64,000 bases of DNA. Origin: Squalus acanthias (Eukaryota). The notes below the pieces were generated by a model. It saw nothing but the letters and a program-made list of their open reading frames with translations. It was not told the DNA's origin and made no database searches. The position numbers were made by a program, and so were the translations under genes. Position 1 is the first letter of the stretch, and every line of letters begins with the position of its first letter. The DNA is taken from NCBI GenBank assembly GCA_030390025.1, contig CM059449.1, positions 15,562,001 to 15,626,000 on the forward strand, written 5' to 3'. This document shows, in pieces, positions 36,130 through 48,758 of the stretch.

Positions 36130-36359
36130 CATGATGCGGAGATGCCGGTGTTGGACTGGGGTGGACAAAATTGAGAGGTCGCACAACACCAGGTTATAGT
36201 CCAACAGTTTTATTTGAAATCACAAGCTTTCGGAGCTATCGATTGCTCCTTCCTCAGGTGAAGTGAGGAAGGAGCAATCGATAGCTCCGAAAGCTTGTGA
36301 TTTCAAATAAAACTGTTGGACTATAACCTGGTGTTGTGCGACCTCTCAATTTTGTCCAC
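36130..36359 (-). mobile_element. Young Penelope-type pLTR insertion forming a perfect hairpin, with 13-bp TSD
   Basis: Arms 36161-36256 and 36264-36359 with a 7-nt loop; CCACAGGGGAGGT at 36117-36129 and 36356-36368. Confidence 0.85.
36220..36261 (-). ncRNA. Minimal type I hammerhead ribozyme
   Basis: TCAC-CTGAGGA-A-GGAGC(aatcgata)GCTCC-GAA-AGCT-T-GTGA: intact core, stems I and II, palindromic stem/loop III. Confidence 0.8.
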
Positions 36360-37964
36360 AGGGGAGGTGCCAGAGGAATGGAGGGCAGCCAACGTAGTAC
36401 CATTATTCAAGAAGGGTAGTAGGGATAAACCAGGAAATTACAGGCCAGTGAGCCTAACATCAGTGGTAGAGAAATTATTGGAAAAAAATCTGGGGGACAG
36501 AATTAGTCTCCACTTGGAGAGGCAAGGATTAATCAAGGATAGTCACCATGGCTTTGACATGGGGAGATCATGTATAACCAATTTGATTGAATTTTTCGAG
36601 GGGTTGACTAGCTGTGTGGATGAGGGTAGTGCAGTTGATGTAGTCTACATGGACTTCAGTAAGGCTTTTGACAAAGTCCCGTGTGGGAGTCTGGTCAAGA
36701 AGGGAAGAGCCCATGGGATCCAGGGCAATTTGGCACATTGGATCCTAAATTGGCTCAGTGGCAGGCGGCAGAGTCTGGTTCTCGAATATGGTTTTTGTGA
36801 CTGGAAGCCTGTGCCCAGTGGTATACTGCAGGGATCGGTGCTGGATCCTTTGCTGTTTGTAGTGTACATTCATGATTTAGATATGAATGTAGGAGGTATG
36901 ATCAGTAAGTTCGCAGATGACACGAAAATTGGTGGAGTGGTAAATAGCGAGGAGGGAAGCCTCAGGGTACAGGACGATATAGACGGGTTGGTCAGATGGG
37001 CAGAACAGTGGCAAATGGAATTTAACCCTGAAAAGTGTGAGGAGATGCATTTTGGGAGTACTAACAAGACAAGGGAATACACAATGAATGGTAGGACGCT
37101 AGGAAGATCAGAGGATCAGAGGGAGCTTGGTGTGCATGTACATATATCCCTGACGGCAGCAGGACACGTAGATAAGGTGGTTAAAAAGGCATATGGGATA
37201 CTTGCCTTCATTAGCCCAGGCATAGAATATAAGAGCAGGGAGGTTATGATGGAGCTGTACAAAACGCTTGTTAGGCCACAGCTGGAATACTGTGTGCAGT
37301 TCTGGTCGCCACACTATAGGAAGGATGTGATTGCATTGGAGAGGGTGCAGAGGAGATTCACCAGGATGTTACTGGGCTGGAGCGCTCAGCTATGTAGAGA
37401 GACTGGACAGGCTGGAGTTGTTTTCCTTAGAGCAGAGAAGGCTGAGGGGGAATGTGATTGAGGTGTACAAAATTATGAGGGGCATAGATAGGGTAGATAG
37501 AAAGGAACTGTTCCCTTAGTAGAGGGGTCAATAACCAGGGGGCATTGTTTCAAGGTAAGGGGCAGGAGGTTTAGAGGGAATTTGAGGAAAAACTTTTTCA
37601 CCCAGAGGGTGGTTGGAATCTGGAACTCACTGCCTGAAAGGGTGGTAGAGGCAGGAACTCTCACAACATTCAAGAAGCCTTTAGATGAGCACTTGAAACG
37701 CCATAGCATACAAGGCGACGGACCAAGTGCTGGAAAATGGGATTAGAATAGACAGGGCTTGATGGCCGGCGCGGACACGATGGGCCGAAGGGCCTCTTTC
37801 TGTGCTGTAAAACTCTATGACTCTTGACTCCGGCTCGCATTAAACGGCGATAAGGGCCACTCCCCTTAATATAAATAACAATAACCCTATGGCTATAATT
37901 AACGTGAAAAAACTCGCACATATTAGAGTGTACTTCTAATATTGTACCGACTGTGTTATGAGAA

Positions 37965-38660
37965 TCATTGAAAGTTAACATGCAGGTAAAGCAAGCAATT
38001 AGGAAAGCAAATGGTACGTTGGCCATTATTACAAGAGGATTTGAGTAAAAGAGTAAAGACGTCTTACTGCAATTATATTGGGCGCTGGTGAGACCACACC
38101 TGTAGTATTGTGGACAGTATCTGTCTCCTTACCAAAGGAAGGATATACTTGCCATAGAGGGAGTGCAACCAAGGTTCACCAGGCTGGTTCCTGGGATGGG
38201 GGAATTGTCCAATGAAGAGAGATTGAGTAGACTAGGCCTATATTCTCTAGAGTTTAGAAGAATGAGAGTTGATCTCATTGAAACATACAAAGTTCTTGCA
38301 GGGCTTGATAGGGTAGATGCAGGGACGATGTTTCCCCTGGCTGGGGAGTGTAGAACCAGGGGTCACAGTCTCAGAACAAGGGGTCGGCCATTTAGGGCTG
38401 AGATGAGGAGACATTTCTTCACTCTGAGGGTGTGGAATCTTTGGAATTCTCTACCCCAGAGGGCTGTGGAGGCTCAGTCGTTGAGTATATTCAACACAGA
38501 GATCGATAGATTTTTGAATATTAAGGGATCAAGGGATATGGGGATAGTGCAGGAAAGTGGAGATGAGGTAGAAGATCAGCCATGATCTGATTGAATGGCG
38601 GAGCAGGATCGAAGGGCCAAATGGCCGACTCCTGCTCCTATTTCTTTTCTTCTTATGTTA
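37965..38660 (+). mobile_element. CR1 LINE 3' fragment
   Basis: ORF 38163-38585. Confidence 0.9.
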
Positions 38661-39989
38661 TTATGTCTCCTTCCGTATGAAAAAATAAGGTACTTTTCCT
38701 GTTCGCTATAGTAACGGTCGGATTTGCTGTGTAACCAGACCACATGCTTGTGGCTATAAACATTATGCACAGTGAATGTTTTCATACTGACATTAAATTT
38801 AGTGCGATTATTTTGCTCTTCGTCCCGAGCCATACTTTCGATTTCCTGCAAAGTTGCTTCCTAGAACCGTCCTTTAAACATGTAACAACAGTCAAATGTT
38901 CAGATCCAAATGTTTTCTTAGTTGTCAGATATTATAGAGATGGTTTGCTCCGTAGATTTTAACGGTGTGCTATGTAATATTACAGTTACTGAAATTCAGA
39001 CATAGAATGTATTTATTGTTTCTGTAAAAAAAACCCATGTCAGGTAAAAACGAAAAGTTCCTCAGAGCGAAAAATGCCACTTTTGAACTCACTATAAAAG
39101 CTTATACATTTTTGGAAAAAGGGAAATCCATTAGGCAAACCGAGCCACTGTCCCCTATTGTGAGACAAATCCAACCTAACAACAACTACTTGCATTGATA
39201 TAGCGCCTTTTATATAGTAAAACGTCCCACAGGCTTCACAGGAGCGATTATCCATCAAAATTTGACACAGAGCCACATATTAAGACAGAGGTAGGCTTTA
39301 AGGAGCGTCTTAAAGGAGAATAGCGAGGTAGACAGGCTTAGGGAGGGAATTACAGAACTGAGGACCCAGCCAGCTGAAAGCCTTCTCATCCAATCGCTTA
39401 ATCCACTATCTCTCTGGAAGCGCATTTAACAGTGGTCTTGCAGTACGGCAGTCTCACCTAAGCAAAACAGTTCGCGGTACCCTTGGATGTGACAGCAGCA
39501 GTGGAGCTTGGGGACCAAGCTGTCAGTCAGACTACAATTGTACTGAGGCAACCAGGTGTGAGACCACCTCGAGCAAAGGGACGAGCATAGCCAATCCGCT
39601 TCATAATCTCGCAAACATGTGCGCCATTCTCTTGAAATTTCCTCTCCTCCTAAGAAAAACATGGCCAAACTCAATAACTTTCCTTGATAACATATTATTC
39701 AGTTTGTTCCTGAACTGTTTCCCTTTTCCTGAAGACGCTTCTTATTTGCATACTGCTCAATGAGTGATGGCCGTCCTCCAGTAACTCGGCCAAGTGGCCA
39801 TTGTGCATATGTGAACATCGACCGTGAATTTAACAAGCCGATCCTGTAATCAGCAGAGTCCCACACTAATGCCATTTCTATTACATGGTCGATGAAGATC
39901 CAATGAGTACACGGAATCTAGCTAAAGCTCCATCCCTAACCCAGTGGCGTTGAACCACCTCTCCCCAACACTTGCCGAACTCTACTACT

Positions 39990-40345
39990 CTCCTTTTGCC
40001 TTGCACCATCTCTTAATGTCTCGTAATGTCTCTTAAGCTTCCTGCCTTCCATCAAGAGCCATCTTTTGTTTCTTAACTTGTCCCATCACCATCTCTTTTG
40101 CCTTGCACCATCTCTTAATCTCTCTTAATCTCTTTTGTCTTCCATCCTATTACAGGCCTTCCCTTTTGTTCTTTCCTCCCCTCCCCCCTTTCCCTGCCCC
40201 TGCACTTATTTAAAAACCTGTTCTATCTTCAGCTTTTTCCAGTTCTGACGATGGGTCATCGACCTGCAACGTTAACTCTGTTTCTCTCTCCACAAATGCT
40301 GCCTGACATGCTGAGTATTTCCAGCAGTTTTCTGTTTTTATTTCA
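39990..40345 (+). mobile_element. Penelope-derived pLTR repeat with mutated hammerhead (40241-40277)
   Basis: AGTT-CTGACGA-T-GGGTC atc GACCT-GCAACGTT-AACT (GAAA changed to GCAA). Confidence 0.75.
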
Positions 40346-40444
40346 ACTAAAGTGTTGCTTGCTTGTTCTGTGCAGCTCCTCTACTCAATGGACTCACGCC
40401 TTTGAGGCATGGGGGAGCGTTTATCCTTAAAAAAGGAAATCACC

Positions 40445-42790
40445 GAATCATAGAATGACACAGCACAGAAGGCCATTCGACCCATTGTACCTGTGCCGGC
40501 TCTTTGATAGAGCTATCCAATTAGTCCCACTGCCCCGCTCTTTCCCCATAGTCCTGTATTTTTCCCCTTCAAGTGTTTATCCAATTCTCTTTTGAAGGTT
40601 ACTGCATTTCAGACAGTGCATTCCAGAGCACAACAACTCGCGGTGAATAAAGAGTTTCCTCATGTCACCTCTGGTTCTTTTGCCAATCAACTAAACTCTG
40701 TGTCCTCTGGTTACCGACCCTTCTGCCACTGGAAACAATGTATCCTTATTTACTCTATCAAAACCCTTCATGATCTTAAACACCTCGATCAAATCTCCTC
40801 TTTAAATTCTCTGCTCTGCGAAGAACACGCCCAGCTTCTCCAGTCTGTCCACATAACTGAAGTCACTCAATGGTACCATTCTAGTAAATCTCTTAGTCCT
40901 TCTCATCATCAAGCTATCACTCTATCACTGCATCACTTGAAAGTTCCTCCACATTCTCTAGTCGGACTCTATATCTTCTGTAACATCTCTAGTCTGACAT
41001 CTCTCTCTCTAAAGTCTCATAAGCCAGCTGAACACCTCTCTCAGGTCTTGACATCCTTCTTAAAGTGTGGTGCCCAGAATTGAACACACTCTAGCTGAGC
41101 CATAACCAGTGTTTTATAAAGGTTCAGCATAACTTCCTTGCTTTTGTAATCTTTGCCTCTATTAATAAAGCCAACGATTCTATAAGACTTGTTAACACCC
41201 TTCTCAACTTGTTCCGCCATCTTCAAAGATTTATGTACATACAACTGCAGGTCTTTCTGTTCCTGCACTCCCTTTAAAATGTTATCATTTTGTTTATATT
41301 GCCTCTCCTCATCCTTCCTACCAAAATGTATCCCTTCACGCTTCTCTGCGTTAAATTTCATCTGCCATGTGTCCGCCCATTTCACCAGTCTGTCTATGTC
41401 CTCCTGAAGTTTCCTGCTCATTCTTTACTTCATTTCCGATTTTTTTTTCATCTGCAACCTTTGAAATGATGCCCTGTATACCCAAGTTGAGGGCATGAAT
41501 ATATATCAAAAGCAGGGTTCCCAATACTGACCGCTGGGGAGCACCACTGTACACTTCACTCCAGTCTGAAAAACCACCGTTCACGACGACTCTCTGCTTG
41601 CTGTCCCTTAACCAATTTCATTGCCACTGTCCCTTTAATCCCATGGTCTTTAATTTTGCTAACAAGTCTATTATGTGAGACTTTGTCAAACGACTTTTGA
41701 AAGTCGATATATAAAACATCAACCACACTACCCTCATCAACCCTTTCCATTACTTCATCAAAGAATTCAATCCAGTTAGCAAATCACGATTTTTCTTCAA
41801 CAATACCGTGCTGACTTTCATTTATGAGCCCACACTTTTCCAAATGCCAGTAAATTTTGTCACGGATAATTGTCTCTCAAAGTTTCACCACAACCCACAT
41901 TCGGCTGACTGGCCTGTAGTTGCCGGGTGTATTCTTCTACCATTTTTTAAACAAGTGTGTAACATCTGCAATCCTCTAGTCCTCTGGCACTACCCCCATT
42001 TCTAAGGAGGATTGGAAGATTGTGGCCAAAGCCTGTGTAATTTCCGCCCATACGTTCCTCTGCAACCTAAGATGCATCCCATCCGGACCGGGTAAGCTTT
42101 CTACTTTGAGGACTGCCTAACTCCTCTTAAAATATTTGTATCCTAAATATATCGCCACTACCTCCTCCTTTACTGCTACATTGGCAGCATCCTCTTCTCT
42201 AGTGAAGACAGATAAAAAGTATTCATTTAGTACCTCAGCCATGCCTCTGTCGGAGCAAGAATTACATAGGATTACATCGGCACAGAAACAGGGCTTTCGG
42301 CCCAAGCAGTCCATACCGGTGTTTATGATCCACTCGAGCCTCCTCCTGTCTTTCCTCATCTAAATCTGTCAGAATAACCCTCTATTCCCTCTCCCTCATG
42401 TTTGTCCAGCCTCCCCTTAAATGCATCTATACTATTTGCTTCAACCACTCCCTGTGGTAGCGAGCTCCACATTCTCACCAGTCTTTGGGTAAAGAAACTT
42501 CTTCTAAATTCCCTATTGGATTTCTTGGTGCCTTTCGTATATTGATGGCGAAAATTGCCTTTTTGGTCCCTAATCTGTCCGATCCTTCCTTTGACTACCC
42601 TTTTACTATTTATATGTTTATAAAAGACTTTTGGCTTCCCTTTATGTTGCCGCTCATCTATTCTCATACTCTCTCTTTGCCCCTCTTATTCCCTTTTATA
42701 GATCTCCTCTGTACTTCCTGTGTCCATCCTGCTTCTCGACTGTATTATGAACCTTACGTTTGTCATAAGCCTCCTTTTTCTGTCTCAACT
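40445..42790 (-). mobile_element. Degenerate CR1 LINE with a nested CR1 3' end (~42260-42530)
   Basis: YIDFQKSFDKVSH, SGAPQRSVLG and KWADTWQMKFN motifs in successive ORFs. Confidence 0.9.
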
Positions 42791-43031
42791 CTGAACTCGG
42801 TCACCTTGGGGGGGGGGGGGGGCGGTGAAATTGATCATTGGCGAAGCCGCAAAACAGGTGGAATCGCATATACTACTGATAATGAATTCCATTGAAGTCA
42901 ATGGCGTTGAATATCGGGCGCAGCGTATAACAGGGGACCCATGCAAAACCGCCTGTTTTCCGTCCCTGCCCATGTCAAATTTCAACCCCACCCTCCATAT
43001 TTCTTGTTTGCCCCTGTTAACTTTCTCAAAG

Positions 43032-43181
43032 GCAAGAATATTTGTCCTGTGATTGGGTGACCAGAAAAGATCACGTGCTGCTCCGGATGGATTCTGATTT
43101 CTGAATTAATAGTTGGCTTTATGCTTTCCTTTGCTTTAATAAAGAGAAAATGTAAACCTTACCTATATTTCTAAGTTATAA
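43032..43181 (+). CDS. Candidate final tail module: 25-nt exon 43032-43056 (GKNICPVI) and terminal exon 43145-43181 (GENVNLTYISKL*)
   Basis: Acceptors aactttctcaaag and ctttgctttaataaag (cf. gene A terminal acceptor ctcaataaag|AGAG); phases 1-2; 88-nt intron. Confidence 0.5.
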
Positions 43182-44179
43182 GCCTAGAAATTGTACGTCG
43201 TTATTGAAGTAACAACACTTAAAACCATTCGGTACTAAATCTCTCTAAGAGAGATTTTTAATCCATTTATGCTAAAGGTCCTGTGCCTTCCTCAAGTAAC
43301 AGGCAATGAAATTTGATGGAAGTGCTTTAAGCGTTTTAATGATAACATAACATCTGGGGGACATTATATGTAACAAAGGAGCAAACCGATTCTGTATAAA
43401 TAAGATATTAATTTCATTCAGCATAGTGCATAGGAGAAACGGTCCCTTATATTAAATTTCAAGCTCTTGTGTAATCATGTCTAATGTTTGGTCAGAATTT
43501 TGCCAGCTGTGTTTTATTCAGTTTTAATAGATTCGTTGATCTTCGAATTTTTCACAAATTTTCCTTCATTTCGTTCTGTGGTGAAGTTTGTAATATGTTT
43601 TATTACTTTAACATAAACATAATGAAAACATGTTTAAACCATATGCAACAGTGAAGAAGAAAACAACATAAAATATGGGATCTGCATTTGGAAGGGACTG
43701 CAATGAGGAATTCGGTATAAACAGCTCCACAAGTGTAAAGTGTAAAGATTGTGCTTTTTCACATGACTCCTGCAAACTATCTAATCCATCAAATCTGTTT
43801 CGGGGTGATTGCAAAGATGTCTCTGGCAATGTTGGTCAAGCATAAAATCTGTAAATAACAGTTTGTTAAAAGTTTCAATGATGATTCCATTAATTGATAA
43901 AACATAATCTGATTAATCTGCTTGCTCGAAAAATGGTATCTTGATCACAGATTGCACACCGTGTCTTACTATCACAGATAGCATCCCAGTAATCGTAAGA
44001 TATTATTGATTTAGGCTCTATTTTATCTTTTGAATATGCCAAAGAAATCAGTAATAGATCAGAAACAGCACTGATCTCCCACAGAAATATAGACCGACTG
44101 GTAAAATGGGCAGTCTGATTTTTGGATGCCCTCAGCAGGAAAATCAAGCAACGCTGTTGTGGGCAAGTTATTATAATCA

Positions 44180-44960
44180 ATATTTAAGGACAGCGTGACT
44201 GAGCACTGGGAGAAATTTGAGGTGATTAGAGAGCGCCAACATGGAATTGTAAAGGGTAGGTCATGTCTAACGAACCGAATTGAATTTTTTGAGGAAGTGA
44301 CTAAAGTAGTCGAGTGGGGATTGTCTATGGATGTGGTTTATATGGACCTCCAGAAAGCATTTGATAAGGTTCCGCATAAGAGACTGTTGGCTAAAGGTAA
44401 AGCTCATGGAATTGAAGGCAAATTATTGACCTGGTTACGAGATTGGTTAGACGGTGGAAGACAGACAGTAGGGATAATGGGTTTATACTCGAATTGCAAG
44501 GTATTAACTAATATTGTCCCACAAGGATCTGCGCTGAAGCCTCTTCTATTCACTATATAGATTAATGACTTAGATAGCACAATAGAAAGCCACATACCCA
44601 AGTGCACCAAAGATGCAAAATAGGTGGTGTAGTAAGTAGTGTAGATGGGAGCATAAAATTACAAAGAGTCATTGATAGATTAAGTGAGTGGGCAAAGCTG
44701 TGGCTGTTCGATTTCAACGCAGGTAAGTATGAGGTCATCCATTTTGGTTCAATTCAGGACAGATACAAATATTTTCAAAACGGTGAAAAGCTAGGAACAG
44801 CGGAGGTCCGAAGAGATTTAGGGGTCCATGTACACAGATCACTAAAATGTAGTAACCAGGTACAAAAAAATAATCAAAAAGGCTAATGGAAAGTTATCCT
44901 TTATATCTGGAGCACTAGAAAATGAAGGGGCGGATATTTTGCTGTAGCTATACAAAGCCG
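44180..44960 (+). mobile_element. CR1 RT fragment
   Basis: QHGIVKGRSCLTN, YMDLQKAFDKVPH. Confidence 0.9.
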
Positions 44961-45428
44961 CTTCTACCCTCTCACCTGGAGGGAAAATGTGCCCCAGCTC
45001 TATTTGGACAAGAGCAGGGGACGAGGGCATTTTAGGAATCCTGAAAATCGCTATATAAATGCACCACTTTTCATTCTTGAAGTTACATTTATAATGCGCA
45101 CTTTGAGAACTCCAAGCAGTCAGAGACGGCTTCCTATGTGAAGCCTCACACATCAGGACGCTAGGGCCCTGGGAAACTTCAGAGTTATATTACTACAAAT
45201 GCGTTGATTTTCACTTTGCATTAACACAAACAACAGTTTAAACAGTTTTTTGTGATGAACAGAGTAACTTCCGGTCTGATTATATGAACTATCTACCCAA
45301 ATGGAAAGATACCAATACAGATTATCCTAGGCGGCATTGGGCTGTTTTGGGTTACATTACCCTTGAAGCGGAGGGGGGGGGGGGGGCGGTCCCACCCTTG
45401 CTAGTTGACCAATGACTAACCAGTGTAC

Positions 45429-46017
45429 ACAAAAGCAAAATACTGCGTATGCTGGAAATCTGAAATAAAAACAAACAATGCTGGGAATACCCAGCAGGTC
45501 AGGCAGCACCTGTGGAGATAGAAACAGAGTTAACGTTTGAGGTCGATGGTACTTCGTCAGAACTGGAAAAAGCTGGAGATGTAACAGGTTTTTAAGCAAG
45601 TGTAGGGGCAGGGAGAGCGGGGAGGGGAGGAAAGAACAAAAGGGACTTTCTGTGATAGGATGGAAGGCAGGAGAGATTAAGAGACAAAAGAGATGATGGT
45701 GCAATGCCAAAGGAGATGGTAATTGGACAAGTTAAGAAACAAAATATGATTCTAGATGAAGTGTAAATGGCACTGACTGAATGATCGATGTGAGAGAGAA
45801 TTTTTTTTTTTTAAAGATAGGGGCAGAGGTTATGGTCTGAAATTGTTGATCTCGATGTTGAGTGCATCGGGTTGTAAAGTACCTGATTGAAAGATGAGGT
45901 GCTGTTCCTCGGGCTTACGTTGTGCTTCATTTGAACAGTGTAAGAGGCCGAGGACGAGAGGTCAGAGTGTGAGTGGAGCGGAGAATTAAAGTGACAGGCG
46001 ACTGGAAGCTTGGGGTC
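45429..46017 (-). mobile_element. Penelope-like element 3' part (continues at 54390-54498; split by the ERV)
   Basis: Homologous to 2320-2910. The sequence resumes after the right LTR as homologue of 2910-3015 (GDRFVGHLRSVRKGD). Confidence 0.85.
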
Positions 46018-46538
46018 TGTCGAAGTATCGACTTCCGATTCAAGACTCTTGTAAACAATATCGTCAAAGAAGGCTTTTTATTATATTTTACTTGCAAGGA
46101 GACTGCAACCATAGCCCAATTAGCTATGATGACAGACTGCCGAATCACAGAAAATGGAGTATTCTTATACAGTATAATATCACATGACATGTTGTTTAAG
46201 GTAAGCTAAGTTAACAATTAGAAAAAACACGTTAGAAATGCCTTACAATGAGACTAGCTAATCTCTATAAAATGGAGTCTCTCTATTTTACTTCTCTCAC
46301 CAAGGCCAAGGCGCCTGGTTTGTTTACTTTACTAGCCCTTGGTTATCTCAATATTAAGCCTGTTTTCTTTTGTGCAGGCAGACTTTTGCTGACAGCATAG
46401 TCTAAGACTTTTAAGTTATTTTCAGAAAAGAACATAACAATGGATTTTTTCCCTTTTCCACACAAGTCAGAGTCGGCCATTTTATTAGTTTAAATTCAAG
46501 GAAACCATTTTGTCCGAGACAGAAACTGCACTTCCACA
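46018..46538 (-). repeat. 3' LTR
   Basis: TGTGGAAG...CTTCGACA on the minus strand, preceded by PPT AAAAAAGGGGGGAA (46539-46552). Confidence 0.95.
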
Positions 46539-47246
46539 TTCCCCCCTTTTTTGTCCTTCTAGGACAAAATAGCTCAATTTAACTTTTTCGGTCTTTTTTG
46601 TCGGTTCCTGTACCAAATTTGGATTTTGGCCAGGGATGCCAACTTCTTTTCTGTTTTAACCATCCTCGGGATTATACCTGTACTGATGGCTGACCTTATT
46701 TAAGATCGTCCTTCTTCTCTGCCTAGTCTCGGTGTTTGGGCGTATGTTCTTGCAGGGGTTTTAGTTGTGTTTTGGTGACTGTGGCGTACTTTTGTGGTTC
46801 ATTAGTCTGCTGTTCTCTAACTTTTCCTGCAGCTTTTACTAGCCTGCAGTTCAGGTGTCGCTATACACCCTCTAAGGTGATAGGGTACAGCAGCTTATAG
46901 AGGAGTTCTATGTCATGGCCCACACAGTTTATGCCTAACCTGTGGGGTTCTCCTAGGGAACTGCAGCTTATAGAGGAGGACTGATTCATGACCCACACAG
47001 TTTATGCCTAACCTGTGGGGTTCTCCTAAGCACAAGTGCTTCTACGTGAGCCTCCAGAGTGCGGACCAAGTGATATACAAGGTCGATGTCACCGGCAGTT
47101 GAAAGGAGTCCTCTCTCTTTCCCTAGCCTGCAGATCCCATTGATGGCTGGAAGAATGTTTACCGAAAGTGGGGAGCATGCAAAAATGTATATATATCTAT
47201 ATGTATATTTTGTCTAGATTGTCTAATCATCAAAATTGTATTTTAT

Positions 47247-47967
47247 TCAATCGCCTCAGTTCCTCCCCGAAGGGACCATACTTTTCTTCTTCGTCATTTA
47301 TTTCTTTCTGTTTCATTGTACTTACTTCAGGTATGACTACCTTGCCTAACCTATCAAATCTTTTAATCATCTTAAACACCTCGATCAGGGTTCACGTTGG
47401 TGTGGAAAACGGTAAAACCCATCTGATTGTCAGTATTCAATCGTTTAGTCCCATTCCATGGTCTGTTATTAGTCAAATTCATCAAACTGGTAGTATTGAA
47501 CCACCAGCTTTCCATGGAACTTCCTGCCTTGTACGTAATAAACTTTTGTATGCAACGACTTTTCCCCATATTAACTCTGTTCCCTTTAGTCTGTCCTAGA
47601 TTTTCTAACGAATATCCTCCCCCCTTAAACTCGTTTCTTAGGCTAGACCACTTTTGTTCCCATTCTTTCCCGAAGGTGGATAGGGTGGTATCTTTCTGTT
47701 TCGTATGATTTTCATTAATTATCCATTCTGCCATATCTGTGAGGTTCAAGGGTATCGGTCGCAGAGGTATTCCTCTTTTCACATGGGTAGGAATATGGCT
47801 ACATACCCAACAGGCGTTTATCCCACTTTTGTTTTGGCATACTTATATGACATATAAAAAAAGGTGTTCATATGTAATTCTCGTTTCTTTCGGGGTTCTT
47901 TTCGTCTTCCTTGGCAGGCTATACATATCAGTCCGATTAGTAGGTAAAACGTAAATAACAGCTTCAT
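47247..47967 (-). pseudogene. env: Gamma-type env remnant (signal peptide, CWVC SU motif, internal deletion)
   Basis: MKLLFTFYLLIGLMYSLP from 47967; after a frameshift GINACWVCSHIPTHVKRGIPLRPIPLN. No TM ectodomain is visible. Confidence 0.75.
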
Positions 47968-47992
47968 TGTTTAAGTCTTTTCAAATTCAAAT

Positions 47993-48735
47993 TCAACTGT
48001 CCTTATCTGATACTTTCTTGCAATGGGATGCGTGGATCCAAGTAGGTCTTTCCTTGACCTTTACAGCTGTATTTGTTGTCAAGAGTACTTGATATGGCCC
48101 TTCAAAGCGTGGCTGCAGACCGTTCTTCCTCTTATAGACCTTTACATAGACGTCATCTCCTGGTTCCAAGTTATGGCACTTTCCTTCGGCCGGTTCCGTT
48201 TGAGCTTCCTTTACCTGTTGGTGAAAGCTGGAAATACATCTAGTTAATGCAATGCAATAGTTTAGCATACTTTCATCCATTTTATGAATGTCCATTTGTT
48301 TAACCGTAAAGGGTGCTGAGAATGGCAGCCTTTGGAGTCGTCCCATAACAATCTCATGTGGTGACAGTCCAGTTGTCCTGTTAGTTGCTGCTCGCATTAC
48401 CATCAATGCTAAGGGTAACAGTTCAACCCATTTTAGTCCAGTTTCATTGCAAAGTTTAGAAAGTTTATTCTTCAGCATTCCATTATATCTTTCTACTAGT
48501 CCTGCGGATTGCAGATGATAACTGCAGTGGAAATGCTGATTAACCTGCAAAGCCTTACATAGTTCCTTTATGATCATTCCAGTAAAATGTGATCCGTTGT
48601 CGCATGAAAGTTGCATAGGTATTCCAAACCTTGGTATGATTTATTTTAACAAACACTTTGCAACTGTTACAGCATCATTCTTTTTACATGGAAAAGCTTC
48701 AACCCATCTTGAAAACATATCTATAATTACCATTG
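47993..48735 (-). pseudogene. pol: Integrase core and C-terminal fragment
   Basis: VIIDMFSRWVEAFP...[17 protein letters not shown]...[11 protein letters not shown]...GPYQVLLTT...WIHASH; one stop; N-terminus deleted. Confidence 0.95.
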
Positions 48736-48758
48736 TGTAAGTCCTTCAAAATTTAATT

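Larger units (their letters stand above)
35052..37826 (+). mobile_element. CR1 LINE, long disrupted ORF2
   Basis: GDFN, DSDHN, NYRPVSLTS, YMDFSKAFDKVP, KFADDTK motifs; interrupted at 36130. Confidence 0.95.
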
